Source: a virus (taxonomy: Duplodnaviria; Caudoviricetes). From it: a stretch of DNA of 64,000 bases. Below are positions 29,841 to 37,779 of this stretch, in pieces (the first letter of the stretch is position 1; each line of letters begins with the position of its first letter). The DNA is taken from IMG/VR virus record IMGVR_UViG_3300011868_000001, positions 189,748-253,747 of that record; one strand, given 5' to 3'. The position numbers were made by a program, and so were the translations under genes. Below the pieces are notes generated by a model. The model was not told where the DNA came from, searched no databases, and saw nothing but the letters and a program-made list of their open reading frames with translations.

Positions 29841-30497
29841 ATGTCTGAACAATACCCTCTGTATCCAGGGGCTGATCGCGGCCAGTTCCGTGTAATGCGC
29901 CTACTGGACAACTCCGGTGTGCAATTGCGAGCCCATGCCCGCATCAAAGACGCAGTGGTATTCAACTACCTGTCAGCGATGCAGTACGCGATCATTGGTT
30001 ACAGCCTGGAATGGTGGAAGGATGGTGACCCGGCACCGTATGACGGTGGTGAGGCCTTGCCGTATATCCCCAAAGGCCGGCCCAACCTGAACAAACTGTA
30101 CTTTCGCGGCAAGACCACCCTGACCCCGAACATGCTGCACCTGGAAGATGCCATCATCAACGACTTTCTCAACAGCAAGGCATTGGCAGATCCTATGTCA
30201 CTGTGGTCGTATACCCAAGAGGCAGCTGAACAAGTTGCCAGTGCGGCTGAATGGCGTCCGTTGTTGAACAGTGCGTATTCGTTCGCCAACGCTGTCCATA
30301 TCACTCGTCTGGCTGCCACACCCAGCTCGCCACTGACGATCGACAGTGAGGGGATGCGGTTTGATTATCGCCGCACCAGTAGCCCCGATCAGGTCTTCAG
30401 TACCATCCTGCGGGACTACAAATTCGAGAAGCTCCGAGACTGCTATCCGGCAATGCTCGAACTCATTGAGAGTGAACAAAATGGCAGCAACCGTTAA
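29841..30497 (+). CDS. Hypothetical protein
   Basis: 218-aa ORF with AAGGA RBS, last gene before the endolysin. Confidence 0.72.
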   Translation: MSEQYPLYPGADRGQFRVMRLLDNSGVQLRAHARIKDAVVFNYLSAMQYAIIGYSLEWWKDGDPAPYDGGEALPYIPKGRPNLNKLYFRGKTTLTPNMLHLEDAIINDFLNSKALADPMSLWSYTQEAAEQVASAAEWRPLLNSAYSFANAVHITRLAATPSSPLTIDSEGMRFDYRRTSSPDQVFSTILRDYKFEKLRDCYPAMLELIESEQNGSNR

Positions 30498-31194
30498 CCA
30501 ACTGAAAGAACTGCAGCGTGGACTGAAAGCTATGGGCCTGTACGCCGGCAACATCGATGGTGCCTGGGGTCAACTGAGCCATGGGGCATTCATGAACGCC
30601 CGACGCATGACCGAGAAGCAGCGTAAGGATGCTGTTGCCCGTCTGGGCATCGATCCGATCCTCCTCGCCTACTGTAATTCAACGGCCTGGTCGGAGAAGG
30701 TCAGTGCTCAATTCGTTGAGTCGGTCAAACTCATGGTCGCCAACCTGGGCATGCCTGCCTCGGGGGCTGACGACATGATGGCCTGCATGGCATGGGAAAC
30801 GGGTGAGTCGTTCCGTCCCGATATCAAAAATGGTGCAGGTTCGGGTGCAGTCGGCCTGATCCAGTTCATGCCTGCCACCGCCAAGGCCCTGGGTACCAGC
30901 ACCGACGCGCTGGCGAAGATGACGGCTGAAGAGCAGTTGATCTACGTCTACGACTACTTCAAGCCGTACCGCAATCGCCTGAAGAACTTGGGCGACCTCT
31001 ACATGGCCATCCTTTATCCCGTGGCGATTGGCAAACCGGATGACTACGTACTGTTCAAAGAAGGCACGGTAGCCTACACCCAGAACAGGGGGTTGGATAT
31101 CAATAAGGACGGGAAAATCACCAAAGCTGAGTGTTGCGCAAAGGTGCAGCAAAAACTCGTAGCTGGCCTGCATCCTCGCATGCTGCGCGTTTAA
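30481..31194 (+). CDS. Endolysin: peptidoglycan-binding domain plus lytic transglycosylase-like domain
   Basis: LQRGLKAMGLYAGNIDGAWG (PG-binding), WETGESF, GAVGLIQFMP, DLYMAILYP, NRGLDINKDGKIT. Confidence 0.85.
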   Translation: MAATVNQLKELQRGLKAMGLYAGNIDGAWGQLSHGAFMNARRMTEKQRKDAVARLGIDPILLAYCNSTAWSEKVSAQFVESVKLMVANLGMPASGADDMMACMAWETGESFRPDIKNGAGSGAVGLIQFMPATAKALGTSTDALAKMTAEEQLIYVYDYFKPYRNRLKNLGDLYMAILYPVAIGKPDDYVLFKEGTVAYTQNRGLDINKDGKITKAECCAKVQQKLVAGLHPRMLRV

Positions 31195-31222
31195 GCAAAA
31201 AAAAAAGAAAACGTTTGTAAAA

Positions 31223-31251
31223 CATACTCAGGGCCAATGGCCCTGAGTATG
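31223..31251. terminator. Bidirectional hairpin (CATA...TATG family)
   Basis: CATACTCAGGGCC-AAT-GGCCCTGAGTATG perfect stem, with an A-tract upstream. Confidence 0.7.
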
Positions 31252-31257
31252 TCCGCT

Positions 31258-31905
31258 TCATCGTTTGTAGTCACGATTCGCTTGTCGCTTAGTAGCTGTC
31301 TCCTCAATAGACCATCCGTTATTTAAACGGTAGGCAACTGTATTGGGGTCAAGTCCTATCAACTCAGCAAATGATGCCAATGTCATTTCAACCCCTTCAT
31401 AGATCACCGTTCTGTTACTCGAACGATTGTTGGCCTGTACCTTTTCTGTGACCCAGCGGCAATTACCTGGCTCATAACCACCGTCGTTATCGCGCCGATC
31501 AATGCTCAATTCATCACTATATCCAGACGACATAGCCCATTGCTCGAACGCTTGAAAGCTATTAGCCCATTCGGCACAGACATGAATGCCGCGACCACCA
31601 TAGCGATCGTAGGCGCCATGTGTTTCTAAATCGCAGCGGCGATTCATCGCTGCCCAGATACGGTACAGGCGCGTTTGACCGCCGTTGGCTGCATGGCCGT
31701 GTATGGTTGCCTTTTGACGAGATACTTCTCTACGATGACATCCACATGACTTACTGTCACCACGTTTAACCGAATGTGCGGCGAGAGTCGTTACCTGTCC
31801 ACAATCGCATTGAAATTTCCAGTATGCGTTCTTCTGATGCGAGTGTGAAAATTCGAGCGCCACGAGTTTGTTGTAGCGATTTCCTTTTATGTCTGCAATT
31901 GCCAT
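31258..31905 (-). CDS. HNH-type homing endonuclease
   Basis: WKFQCDCG, SKSCGC, YGGRGIHVC, SIDRRDNDGGYEPGNCRW; more AT-rich than its flanks. Confidence 0.8.
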   Translation of the reverse strand: MAIADIKGNRYNKLVALEFSHSHQKNAYWKFQCDCGQVTTLAAHSVKRGDSKSCGCHRREVSRQKATIHGHAANGGQTRLYRIWAAMNRRCDLETHGAYDRYGGRGIHVCAEWANSFQAFEQWAMSSGYSDELSIDRRDNDGGYEPGNCRWVTEKVQANNRSSNRTVIYEGVEMTLASFAELIGLDPNTVAYRLNNGWSIEETATKRQANRDYKR

Positions 31906-31974
31906 GGAACACCTACTGAGAAAAATTAAATGGAGCAGAGGCGCCCTAGGGCGCCTCTCTATGCCGTCGAGTCA

Positions 31975-32346
31975 TTACCGGCCAGCGGCGAATGCCAACC
32001 GACCCATCATCGACATGATTTCTTCATTGGTGAATATAGCAAATGCGTACTTGCCAGATGCCGCTGTCATGCCATGAAAGTCATCGTAGTCGCTGTTCGT
32101 ATGGATGTAGTTGAAATCCAGTTTAAGCTCAGCCTTCTCTTTCAGTGACCGGTCCAGGGTTGTGAAGTACGAATCTTCTTCTTCATCGGTTTCGAAATAG
32201 ACGGGGGACAGTACCTGAAACATCCAGTCTCCATTAGCCACCATAGACCGTTTAATTTCAAACTCACCAAAGATTCCGGCATGATGCCGGCAGTAAAGAG
32301 TCCCTTCTGGTAACGAGCAGAATTCGCCGTAGGAGACAATGCGCAT
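31975..32346 (-). CDS. Hypothetical protein
   Basis: 123-aa ORF with AAGGA RBS. Confidence 0.72.
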   Translation of the reverse strand: MRIVSYGEFCSLPEGTLYCRHHAGIFGEFEIKRSMVANGDWMFQVLSPVYFETDEEEDSYFTTLDRSLKEKAELKLDFNYIHTNSDYDDFHGMTAASGKYAFAIFTNEEIMSMMGRLAFAAGR

Positions 32347-32360
32347 GAGGTAGTCCTTAC

Positions 32361-32495
32361 TTACTTAGCCTTACGGACGAAGGTCTTACCGAACACTGTG
32401 AAGCGGTCAGGTAGCGATTTGACGATCTTGTGGCCGATCACACCGCCTACAACAGCGGCACCAACACAGACAGCAGCAAAGGTAGCGTTATTCAT
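32361..32495 (-). CDS. Small membrane peptide (44 aa)
   Basis: MNNATFAAVCVGAAVVGGVIGHKIVKSLPDRFTVFGKTFVRKAK; AGGA RBS. Confidence 0.6.
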   Translation of the reverse strand: MNNATFAAVCVGAAVVGGVIGHKIVKSLPDRFTVFGKTFVRKAK

Positions 32496-32510
32496 GAGTC
32501 AGATTCCTAA

Positions 32511-32675
32511 TCAGTTAGCCAACAGGGCTTCGAGGTGATTGATTTTGGCTTCGTAGGCCAGGGCTTGTTTGCTGCGCACGCCATAGACGCGCATGGCGTG
32601 GGCGAACATGTGAGTGGCATGCGCCAGCTCCGACTGGAGGGCGCGGGTCTTGGTACCGAACAGTTTATTAAACAT
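32511..32675 (-). CDS. Small hypothetical protein (54 aa)
   Basis: MFNKLFGTKTRALQSELAHA...; AGGAGG RBS. Confidence 0.65.
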   Translation of the reverse strand: MFNKLFGTKTRALQSELAHATHMFAHAMRVYGVRSKQALAYEAKINHLEALLAN

Positions 32676-32700
32676 GATGCGCCCTCCTGTGGGCTAGGGT

Positions 32701-33201
32701 TTATCTGCGCTGGGCGAAGATGGACAAGCCACGACCCAGTATCGAGATACCGATGCTGACACGGCTTTCTTCTTGACGCTGTTTAGGTTCACGGCGATAA
32801 CCGCTGAGGGCTCGGTCTTGGGCCAAGGGCAGGTCGGTCAGATGCCGTGGTGCAGGTTCTTCAATCTCTTCAAGCGCCAACACCCGTGCTTCACGTACTT
32901 CGCTCTTCTGGGTCAGGACAATGAATTCATCATTGACATAGAACCCCCGCAGGCCGAGAAGATACGCGGCCGCCTTGGCCAGATCGCGATGAGCTTTCGA
33001 GAACTCTTTGAATTCAGTGCTCAGCCAGACACGTTCACGATCACCGTCCGCAACGACCACTTCCAAATCAAAGCGGTCGCCTTTACGCTTGAACTCCACC
33101 TCGTCCCTGTGACTCCATTTCACTTTACGACCATCACGGATGGTGCCGGTGCTGGCGAGGGCTTTGTGACGCTCTTTGATGCTGACTTCGATAACTTTCA
33201 T
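32701..33201 (-). CDS. Hypothetical protein
   Basis: 166-aa ORF with AAGGAG RBS. Confidence 0.75.
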   Translation of the reverse strand: MKVIEVSIKERHKALASTGTIRDGRKVKWSHRDEVEFKRKGDRFDLEVVVADGDRERVWLSTEFKEFSKAHRDLAKAAAYLLGLRGFYVNDEFIVLTQKSEVREARVLALEEIEEPAPRHLTDLPLAQDRALSGYRREPKQRQEESRVSIGISILGRGLSIFAQRR

Positions 33202-33218
33202 GGTGATCTCCTTAAGAT

Positions 33219-33311
33219 CTAGGGTATGGGTGCAACGGTGGACAGGTTGTTAAGGATCAAGAAGCTCATGAAGATGACGCCCAGTCCGACGTAGTACTGT
33301 GCCTTACTCAC
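33219..33311 (-). CDS. Possible 30-aa membrane peptide
   Basis: GTG start overlapping the upstream stop; MSKAQYYVGLGVIFMSFLILNNLSTVAPIP. Confidence 0.4.
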   Translation of the reverse strand: MSKAQYYVGLGVIFMSFLILNNLSTVAPIP

Positions 33312-33597
33312 CGAAGTGCTTCTTCAGGGCATCTTCGATCAGGTGGTACGTTAGCATAGTGGGCTCGACCACCCGCACAGGCAGGTAGTCGAACTTCACG
33401 CCGTCGTCGTGCATGAAACGGTAGTAACCTTCAGCCTTGATCAGCGCCTTGGCTTGTTCGACACTGACGCCGTCGCTAAAGCGCGCCAGTTCCCAGTGGA
33501 TGCCGTACTTGGTCTGCCGGCGGAAGAAGAAATGACCATCAGCATCGTGCAGGTCGTTGAGGGTTTGTTCATGGGTGTAGCGATGAGCAATTTTCAT
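33304..33597 (-). CDS. Hypothetical protein
   Basis: 97-aa ORF with GGAG RBS. Confidence 0.72.
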   Translation of the reverse strand: MKIAHRYTHEQTLNDLHDADGHFFFRRQTKYGIHWELARFSDGVSVEQAKALIKAEGYYRFMHDDGVKFDYLPVRVVEPTMLTYHLIEDALKKHFGE

Positions 33598-33627
33598 GGC
33601 GTACTCCGATCGTACTGGAGAGAAGGG

Positions 33628-33882
33628 TCAACCCAGATAGGTCATCATGTCGTTGTGGAACTGCTCGCCCAACTCCGGATGGCGTTGAGTGACTTGCATG
33701 CACTTGACAAAGGTGCCCATCGGGGTGCGGTAGTAGAAGTCTTTCAGGAATTGAACCACCGGGATCTTCTTGACATTGATCAGGGCTGCCGAGACGAACA
33801 TTGGCTCGCCCTTGACATCGATCTCAGTGTAGAAGGGGAATTCCATCATTGCGCCAATGGCGCTCACGTTCATGTTAGTCAT
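33628..33882 (-). CDS. Hypothetical protein
   Basis: 84-aa ORF with GGAGG RBS. Confidence 0.72.
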   Translation of the reverse strand: MTNMNVSAIGAMMEFPFYTEIDVKGEPMFVSAALINVKKIPVVQFLKDFYYRTPMGTFVKCMQVTQRHPELGEQFHNDMMTYLG

Positions 33883-33966
33883 GCTGATGCCTCCATTGGC
33901 ATGTTGGGGTAAGACAAGTTAGATCACGTAGAGGCTCTTGGGTAAGAGCCTCCAGGTTGATACAAC

Positions 33967-34071
33967 TTAGCTGTTCAGAACCTTCTGACGCAGCTTGGAG
34001 TGGTTGTATTTATCGAGGACGATGTTGGCCACGACGATGACAGCAACGGCGGTAACGACACGTGCAAACAT
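33967..34071 (-). CDS. Small membrane peptide (34 aa)
   Basis: MFARVVTAVAVIVVANIVLDKYNHSKLRQKVLNS; TAAGGAG RBS. Confidence 0.6.
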   Translation of the reverse strand: MFARVVTAVAVIVVANIVLDKYNHSKLRQKVLNS

Positions 34072-34240
34072 GGTAAAGCTCCTTAAGCTTAAGGGGATGA
34101 TGGGGGCCAGTTGCCTAGCCCCGGATGGATCACTTGTTGCTGGTCAGGATGCTGAAGATCTTGACCAGGTCTTCGCCGGACAGCGAACCGTTCGGTATCA
34201 CTTCGCAGAGCAGGTAGATTATTCTTCCTACTCACTGGTA

Positions 34241-34258
34241 CTATGTATCGTTGAAATA
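34241..34258 (-). promoter_or_regulatory. Putative early promoter heading the small-gene operon
   Basis: Minus strand TATTTCAACGATACATAG, just after a terminator. Confidence 0.45.
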
Positions 34259-34282
34259 TTTTCGAATCGAATTCGAGCCGAC

Positions 34283-34335
34283 AAAAAAAGACCCTCCTAC
34301 AAGAGTGCCCGTTCTGAGGAGGCACTCTTGTAGGA
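34283..34335 (-). terminator. Intrinsic terminator
   Basis: TCCTACAAGAGTGCC...GGCACTCTTGTAGGA stem, with a U-tract on the minus strand. Confidence 0.65.
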
Positions 34336-34407
34336 ACTGGCGGCACCAGCATGGGTCAAGGGGAGCAGGAGAGGGAGCTCCGATGCTAAACTCGTGTAGA
34401 CTCGATG

Positions 34408-34575
34408 CTATCGTTTAACTGGTTTGTCTTGCGGCGGTAGCTGAACCACAAGGGCCTTGGAGGGACTGACGGCATCGCCTAATAACCGCCGTACCAGGGG
34501 CGGTAAAGACGATGTGGATTCGACATCGGGCGTGGTATGATAACGCCGCGGCGGAACAGAAATAGCATCGTTCAT
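34408..34575 (-). CDS. Small Pro-rich protein (55 aa)
   Basis: MNDAISVPPRRYHTTPDV...; AAGGA RBS; lies downstream of structured element copy 1. Confidence 0.45.
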   Translation of the reverse strand: MNDAISVPPRRYHTTPDVESTSSLPPLVRRLLGDAVSPSKALVVQLPPQDKPVKR

Positions 34576-34604
34576 GGGTGAATCCTTCCAGTCGGAATAT
34601 TGGT

Positions 34605-34674
34605 CAGCCAGGGGCGATGGCCGATTGCCTATCGCACGCCTGAAGCTGTCCTAGGAGATTTGGTACCTTCTCCT
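34605..34674 (-). ncRNA. Structured two-hairpin element, copy 1
   Basis: AGGAGA-AGGUACCAAA-UCUCCU, then CAGC..CAGG..GCGAU-A-GGC-AAUCG-GCC-AUCGC..CCUG-GCUG; upstream GTAAAAAATAAC...TATA. Confidence 0.6.
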
Positions 34675-34721
34675 ATACTAGAGGTGAGCTTTGTTATTTT
34701 TTACCATTTACCCCATCAAAC

Positions 34722-34745
34722 AAAAAAAGAAGGAGGTCATCCTCC
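34722..34745 (-). terminator. Intrinsic terminator after element copy 2
   Basis: GGAGG-ATGA-CCTCC-TTCTTTTTTT on the minus strand. Confidence 0.65.
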
Positions 34746-34766
34746 ATTAAGTGAGGCGGCATAGAT

Positions 34767-34840
34767 GGCAGTCGGAGGCGATGGCCGATTGCCTATCGCT
34801 GCTCCGATGCTGCCCAGGGAATGTGTGGTACCTGTTCCCT
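34767..34840 (-). ncRNA. Structured two-hairpin element, copy 2 (stand-alone sRNA candidate)
   Basis: AGGGAA-CAGGUACCACACA-UUCCCU, then GGCAG-CA-UCGGAG-CA-GCGAU-A-GGC-AAUCG-GCC-AUCGC-CUCCGA-CUGCC; has its own promoter-like motif and terminator. Confidence 0.65.
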
Positions 34841-34843
34841 ATA

Positions 34844-34996
34844 TTAGATGTGGTCTTGGTTATTTTTTACGATTGTGTCTCGATCCTCGTCGATCTCGTG
34901 GTCATCGTACGTGATCGTCGCCAAAGGTTCAGGTTCTGAAGACGGCTCTGGTGGATACTGCATGATCAGTTGCAGGAAAGGATCGAGGGTGGTCAT
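34844..34996 (-). CDS. Possible small acidic protein (50 aa)
   Basis: MTTLDPFLQLIMQYPPEPSSEPEP...; follows the 35006 stop. Confidence 0.4.
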   Translation of the reverse strand: MTTLDPFLQLIMQYPPEPSSEPEPLATITYDDHEIDEDRDTIVKNNQDHI

Positions 34997-35005
34997 GGGG
35001 CTGCC

Positions 35006-35701
35006 TTAATCGAGCGCGTAGAGTGGAATGAGGTATTCGTGCGACATGTGTTCATCATGCATGCTGCCAAAGGCTACGCGGGCCTTACCGAACAGCGAGA
35101 GCTTGATATAGACGTGGTCAGCGCCTGAGACTGCCAGCTCCTTGCGATGTAACAAGGGTGTAAAGGCCTTGACAATCCGCTTGAGGTTGAATTCCTCCTG
35201 AATGGGAATACCGTCTTGATGCAATGGAATGATATCCATCAGATGCAAAGTGTCATCGTGATATTGCAGTGTCAACTGCGCGATGCCCCAGGCTTCAAGC
35301 ATGTCTGCCATGGCCACGATGGTCTTAGTCAGGTCATCTGTATTGTCCAGGATACGGCCCTTGTCCACCGGATGATCGGGCATCAGGGTAATCGCCACGT
35401 CATCATCGCGATTAGCGCCGATAAGTTTGCGCACTTCGCTGATCTCAACCAACCCCGAATGTTTAAGTTCATGCAGGCGACTGACTTTAGCCTGGTCAAC
35501 CAGCCCCTGTGTGATGATTCGATGGATATTGATCCGTGCTTCAAGCAACTCTGGCAGTTCTTGCAGATGTGGGCTCAGGCCCGGCTCCAGATGTCCGACA
35601 AACCCCAGATAGCCGTGCTCGGTCTCATCGGCCCCGAGGACAACGAAATGGCTGTCGATGCCTGGATCAGGATCGATATTGACGAACATCAATTGCGGCA
35701 T
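35006..35701 (-). CDS. Hypothetical protein
   Basis: 231 aa from MPQLMF with AAGGAG RBS; element copy 3 lies in its 5' region. Confidence 0.72.
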   Translation of the reverse strand: MPQLMFVNIDPDPGIDSHFVVLGADETEHGYLGFVGHLEPGLSPHLQELPELLEARINIHRIITQGLVDQAKVSRLHELKHSGLVEISEVRKLIGANRDDDVAITLMPDHPVDKGRILDNTDDLTKTIVAMADMLEAWGIAQLTLQYHDDTLHLMDIIPLHQDGIPIQEEFNLKRIVKAFTPLLHRKELAVSGADHVYIKLSLFGKARVAFGSMHDEHMSHEYLIPLYALD

Positions 35702-35751
35702 GTAGACACACTCCTTGGTTGGGGTAGACAAACGGCCGACTGACATAGGGC

Positions 35752-35824
35752 CATAGCCCGAGGGCGATGGCTATTGCCTATCGCACGCTCGGGGCTATGT
35801 AAGGGCATGGGTACCTGTCCCTTA
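35752..35824 (-). ncRNA. Structured two-hairpin element, copy 3
   Basis: AAGGG-ACAGGUACCCAUG-CCCUU, then CAUAGCCC-C-GAG..GCGAU-A-GGC-AAUA-GCC-AUCGC-C-CUC-GGGCUAUG; upstream GTAAAAAACTAC...TATA. Confidence 0.6.
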
Positions 35825-35902
35825 TACCATAATCCATGCCGGTAGTTTTTTACGATTTTACATCCTTGTAACTTAAAGGACGCGGTATCTAAGACAAAGA
35901 AG

Positions 35903-36547
35903 TTATCTGCGGTTAGGTCTTGCCAAAGCTTCCTCAATGCTCAAACCATCTCTACTAAGACGGCGCGCTAATGTAGACACCAAGATGTTACGTTCTTTAG
36001 CAAGCTGAGTGATTGTTTTCATCTCACCATCAACAAGGAACCGTTTGTTGGATCGTTTGTTGTTAGCTTGTTCTTCGCGAGTCGCCCAGCGACAATTGCC
36101 CGGCTCATAATTACCGTTGTTATCGATGCGCTCTATCGAATGGTCCGGAGATGGTTTTGGTCCCATATCCTCCAGAAATGATTCAAACGAATTTAACCAT
36201 CTGTCGCATACTTGAATCCCTCGACCACCATAATCGGGATAGGCGTCGGATTCGACATTATGACAACGAACCTTCATGGCGTGCCATGCTCGACATTCAG
36301 GGGTGGTAGAACCACCATGTGTCTTGTTTGATTTACCTAGACGAGCTACAGACTCACGATGAAGACATCCGCACGATCTAGTCCCATTTTCTCGTCTAAG
36401 AGCAGCCCCCGATACAGAAACTGCAGTACCACAGTCACACTCACATACCCACTTAATGCCGCCAGAAGACGTGCGTAGGCTAGAACGAAGTACAACTAAT
36501 AGTCTTCCGAACCGTTTACCGGTCAAATCTATCACTTCTCTCATCAT
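35903..36547 (-). CDS. HNH-type homing endonuclease
   Basis: DLTGKRFGRL, WVCECDCG, RSCGC, YGGRGIQVCDRW, SIERIDNNGNYEPGNCRW. Confidence 0.82.
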   Translation of the reverse strand: MMREVIDLTGKRFGRLLVVLRSSLRTSSGGIKWVCECDCGTAVSVSGAALRRENGTRSCGCLHRESVARLGKSNKTHGGSTTPECRAWHAMKVRCHNVESDAYPDYGGRGIQVCDRWLNSFESFLEDMGPKPSPDHSIERIDNNGNYEPGNCRWATREEQANNKRSNKRFLVDGEMKTITQLAKERNILVSTLARRLSRDGLSIEEALARPNRR

Positions 36548-36640
36548 GACACCATTTACAAATTAGCAGTACAGTGACTCACTATCATGTCAATGATGTA
36601 TGATCATTCCGGATTCGAATCGATTTTTTTCCATTGAGCT

Positions 36641-37015
36641 TTACAAGGTTAAACTAAAGCCTTTCGACGCCTTAAGTGTCGTTGACAGATACGCTAAGGT
36701 ATCGGCCTGACCCTTGCTAGGCGTGTACACTTCAATCAGGTCCAATCCCCCTTCTGGGGCGACCTTAAGCTCATGGATAGTCCACGCTCCATCTAGCACC
36801 ATGTACAGGTGCTCGTGGTCGTCCGAGACCATGACTTCATAGACCCATCCCGTCTCTTGGTCACCACTCTTGGCCAAGATAGGCAATAATCGCAGGTCTC
36901 GTTCGCAGTTGTTGATAACGCGCAGCACCGAGTCTACAGCCGTGGGGCACTGAACCTCCTGCCAAGCTGTAGCGTCGTACGAGAGTTTAACTGTGTCCAT
37001 TCCATGTTTCCTCAT
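36641..37015 (-). CDS. Hypothetical protein
   Basis: 124-aa ORF; may start at the internal MDTVKL. Confidence 0.65.
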   Translation of the reverse strand: MRKHGMDTVKLSYDATAWQEVQCPTAVDSVLRVINNCERDLRLLPILAKSGDQETGWVYEVMVSDDHEHLYMVLDGAWTIHELKVAPEGGLDLIEVYTPSKGQADTLAYLSTTLKASKGFSLTL

Positions 37016-37137
37016 CGTATTTCACGATCAAGGTATTTCCTTGACCACACCCATATACAGGGTTTGTATTTATTCACTGTTTCGCTTGGCAAATCCTATG
37101 AGGGTTCTTTCTATTCACTCTGATTGGTGCTTTCCTG

Positions 37138-37779
37138 ATGATTCATACCTTGATAATGGCCGCTGCGAGACGGCGTAAAATGACCCTACCGCCCCAAGCG
37201 ATTGGGGCTGGACAAATTAGCTTCACCACGCCAGGCACCCATAAATGGACGTGTCCCGAGGGTGTAACGCGTGTCTGTCTAGCTATGATGGGCTCTGGTG
37301 GTCGGGGTGTGGCGGGGAGTTCTTCGGCTACACGTTATTACGGTGCCGGTGGTAACTTGCGTTACATCAATGATGTTGAGGTCGTGCCAGGACAAGAATA
37401 CGAGATCGTAGTGGCTAACGGCAGCACGACACGGTTCTCCCTGCATTCTCAGGCATTGGGCTACTCCACAGCCAGCGTCCTTGACGAAACGGTAAAGGGG
37501 GCCGATGGCCAGGCCAGTTCCTACACCGGCTCCGGCAGTACCACTGGCGGGAACGCCGGTGGGGTCACCACATCTAAGTCGGGCTATGGCTTTAGTCTGA
37601 CAACCTTTTTGCGAGTCGACCGACCGACTGGCTCATCCTTCCCAGGCGGTATCCCTGGTGGCGGGGGCGGGGTTAACACCAGCGGCAGTCCTAACTATGG
37701 CCTAGGCGGGCGTGGAGAGGTTCGCATCATCTGGGGCGAGAATCGTGCGTTCCCCAATCTTAATATCGGTGATTTATAA
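37138..37779 (+). CDS. Glycine-rich putative tail-associated protein
   Basis: FTTPGTHKWTCPEGVTRV..GSGG...GGGGG...GGRGEVRIIWG, typical of glycine-rich phage adhesin domains; AATCCTATG late motif at 37092-37100. Confidence 0.65.
   Translation: MIHTLIMAAARRRKMTLPPQAIGAGQISFTTPGTHKWTCPEGVTRVCLAMMGSGGRGVAGSSSATRYYGAGGNLRYINDVEVVPGQEYEIVVANGSTTRFSLHSQALGYSTASVLDETVKGADGQASSYTGSGSTTGGNAGGVTTSKSGYGFSLTTFLRVDRPTGSSFPGGIPGGGGGVNTSGSPNYGLGGRGEVRIIWGENRAFPNLNIGDL

Noticed and set aside
18784-30497. Cluster as a queuosine/deazaguanine, molybdopterin, PQQ or anaerobic RNR-activating pathway
   Set aside because: No FolE/QueC/QueD/DpdA, MoaC, PqqB-D or NrdD partners are recognisable in the window.
33900-35000. 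tRNA genes in the gene-poor region
   Set aside because: No cloverleaf with a T-arm GTTCRA and a matching acceptor stem was found by eye. tRNAscan-SE would confirm.
34605-35824. Repeated hairpins as a CRISPR array or type I-F repeat mimic (ATAGGCA shared)
   Set aside because: Spacing is irregular, the copies are not identical direct repeats, the CTGCC-GTATA-GGCAG hairpin is absent, and there are no cas genes.
31258-36547. HNH genes as group I intron ORFs
   Set aside because: No split gene or intron core was evident around either gene.
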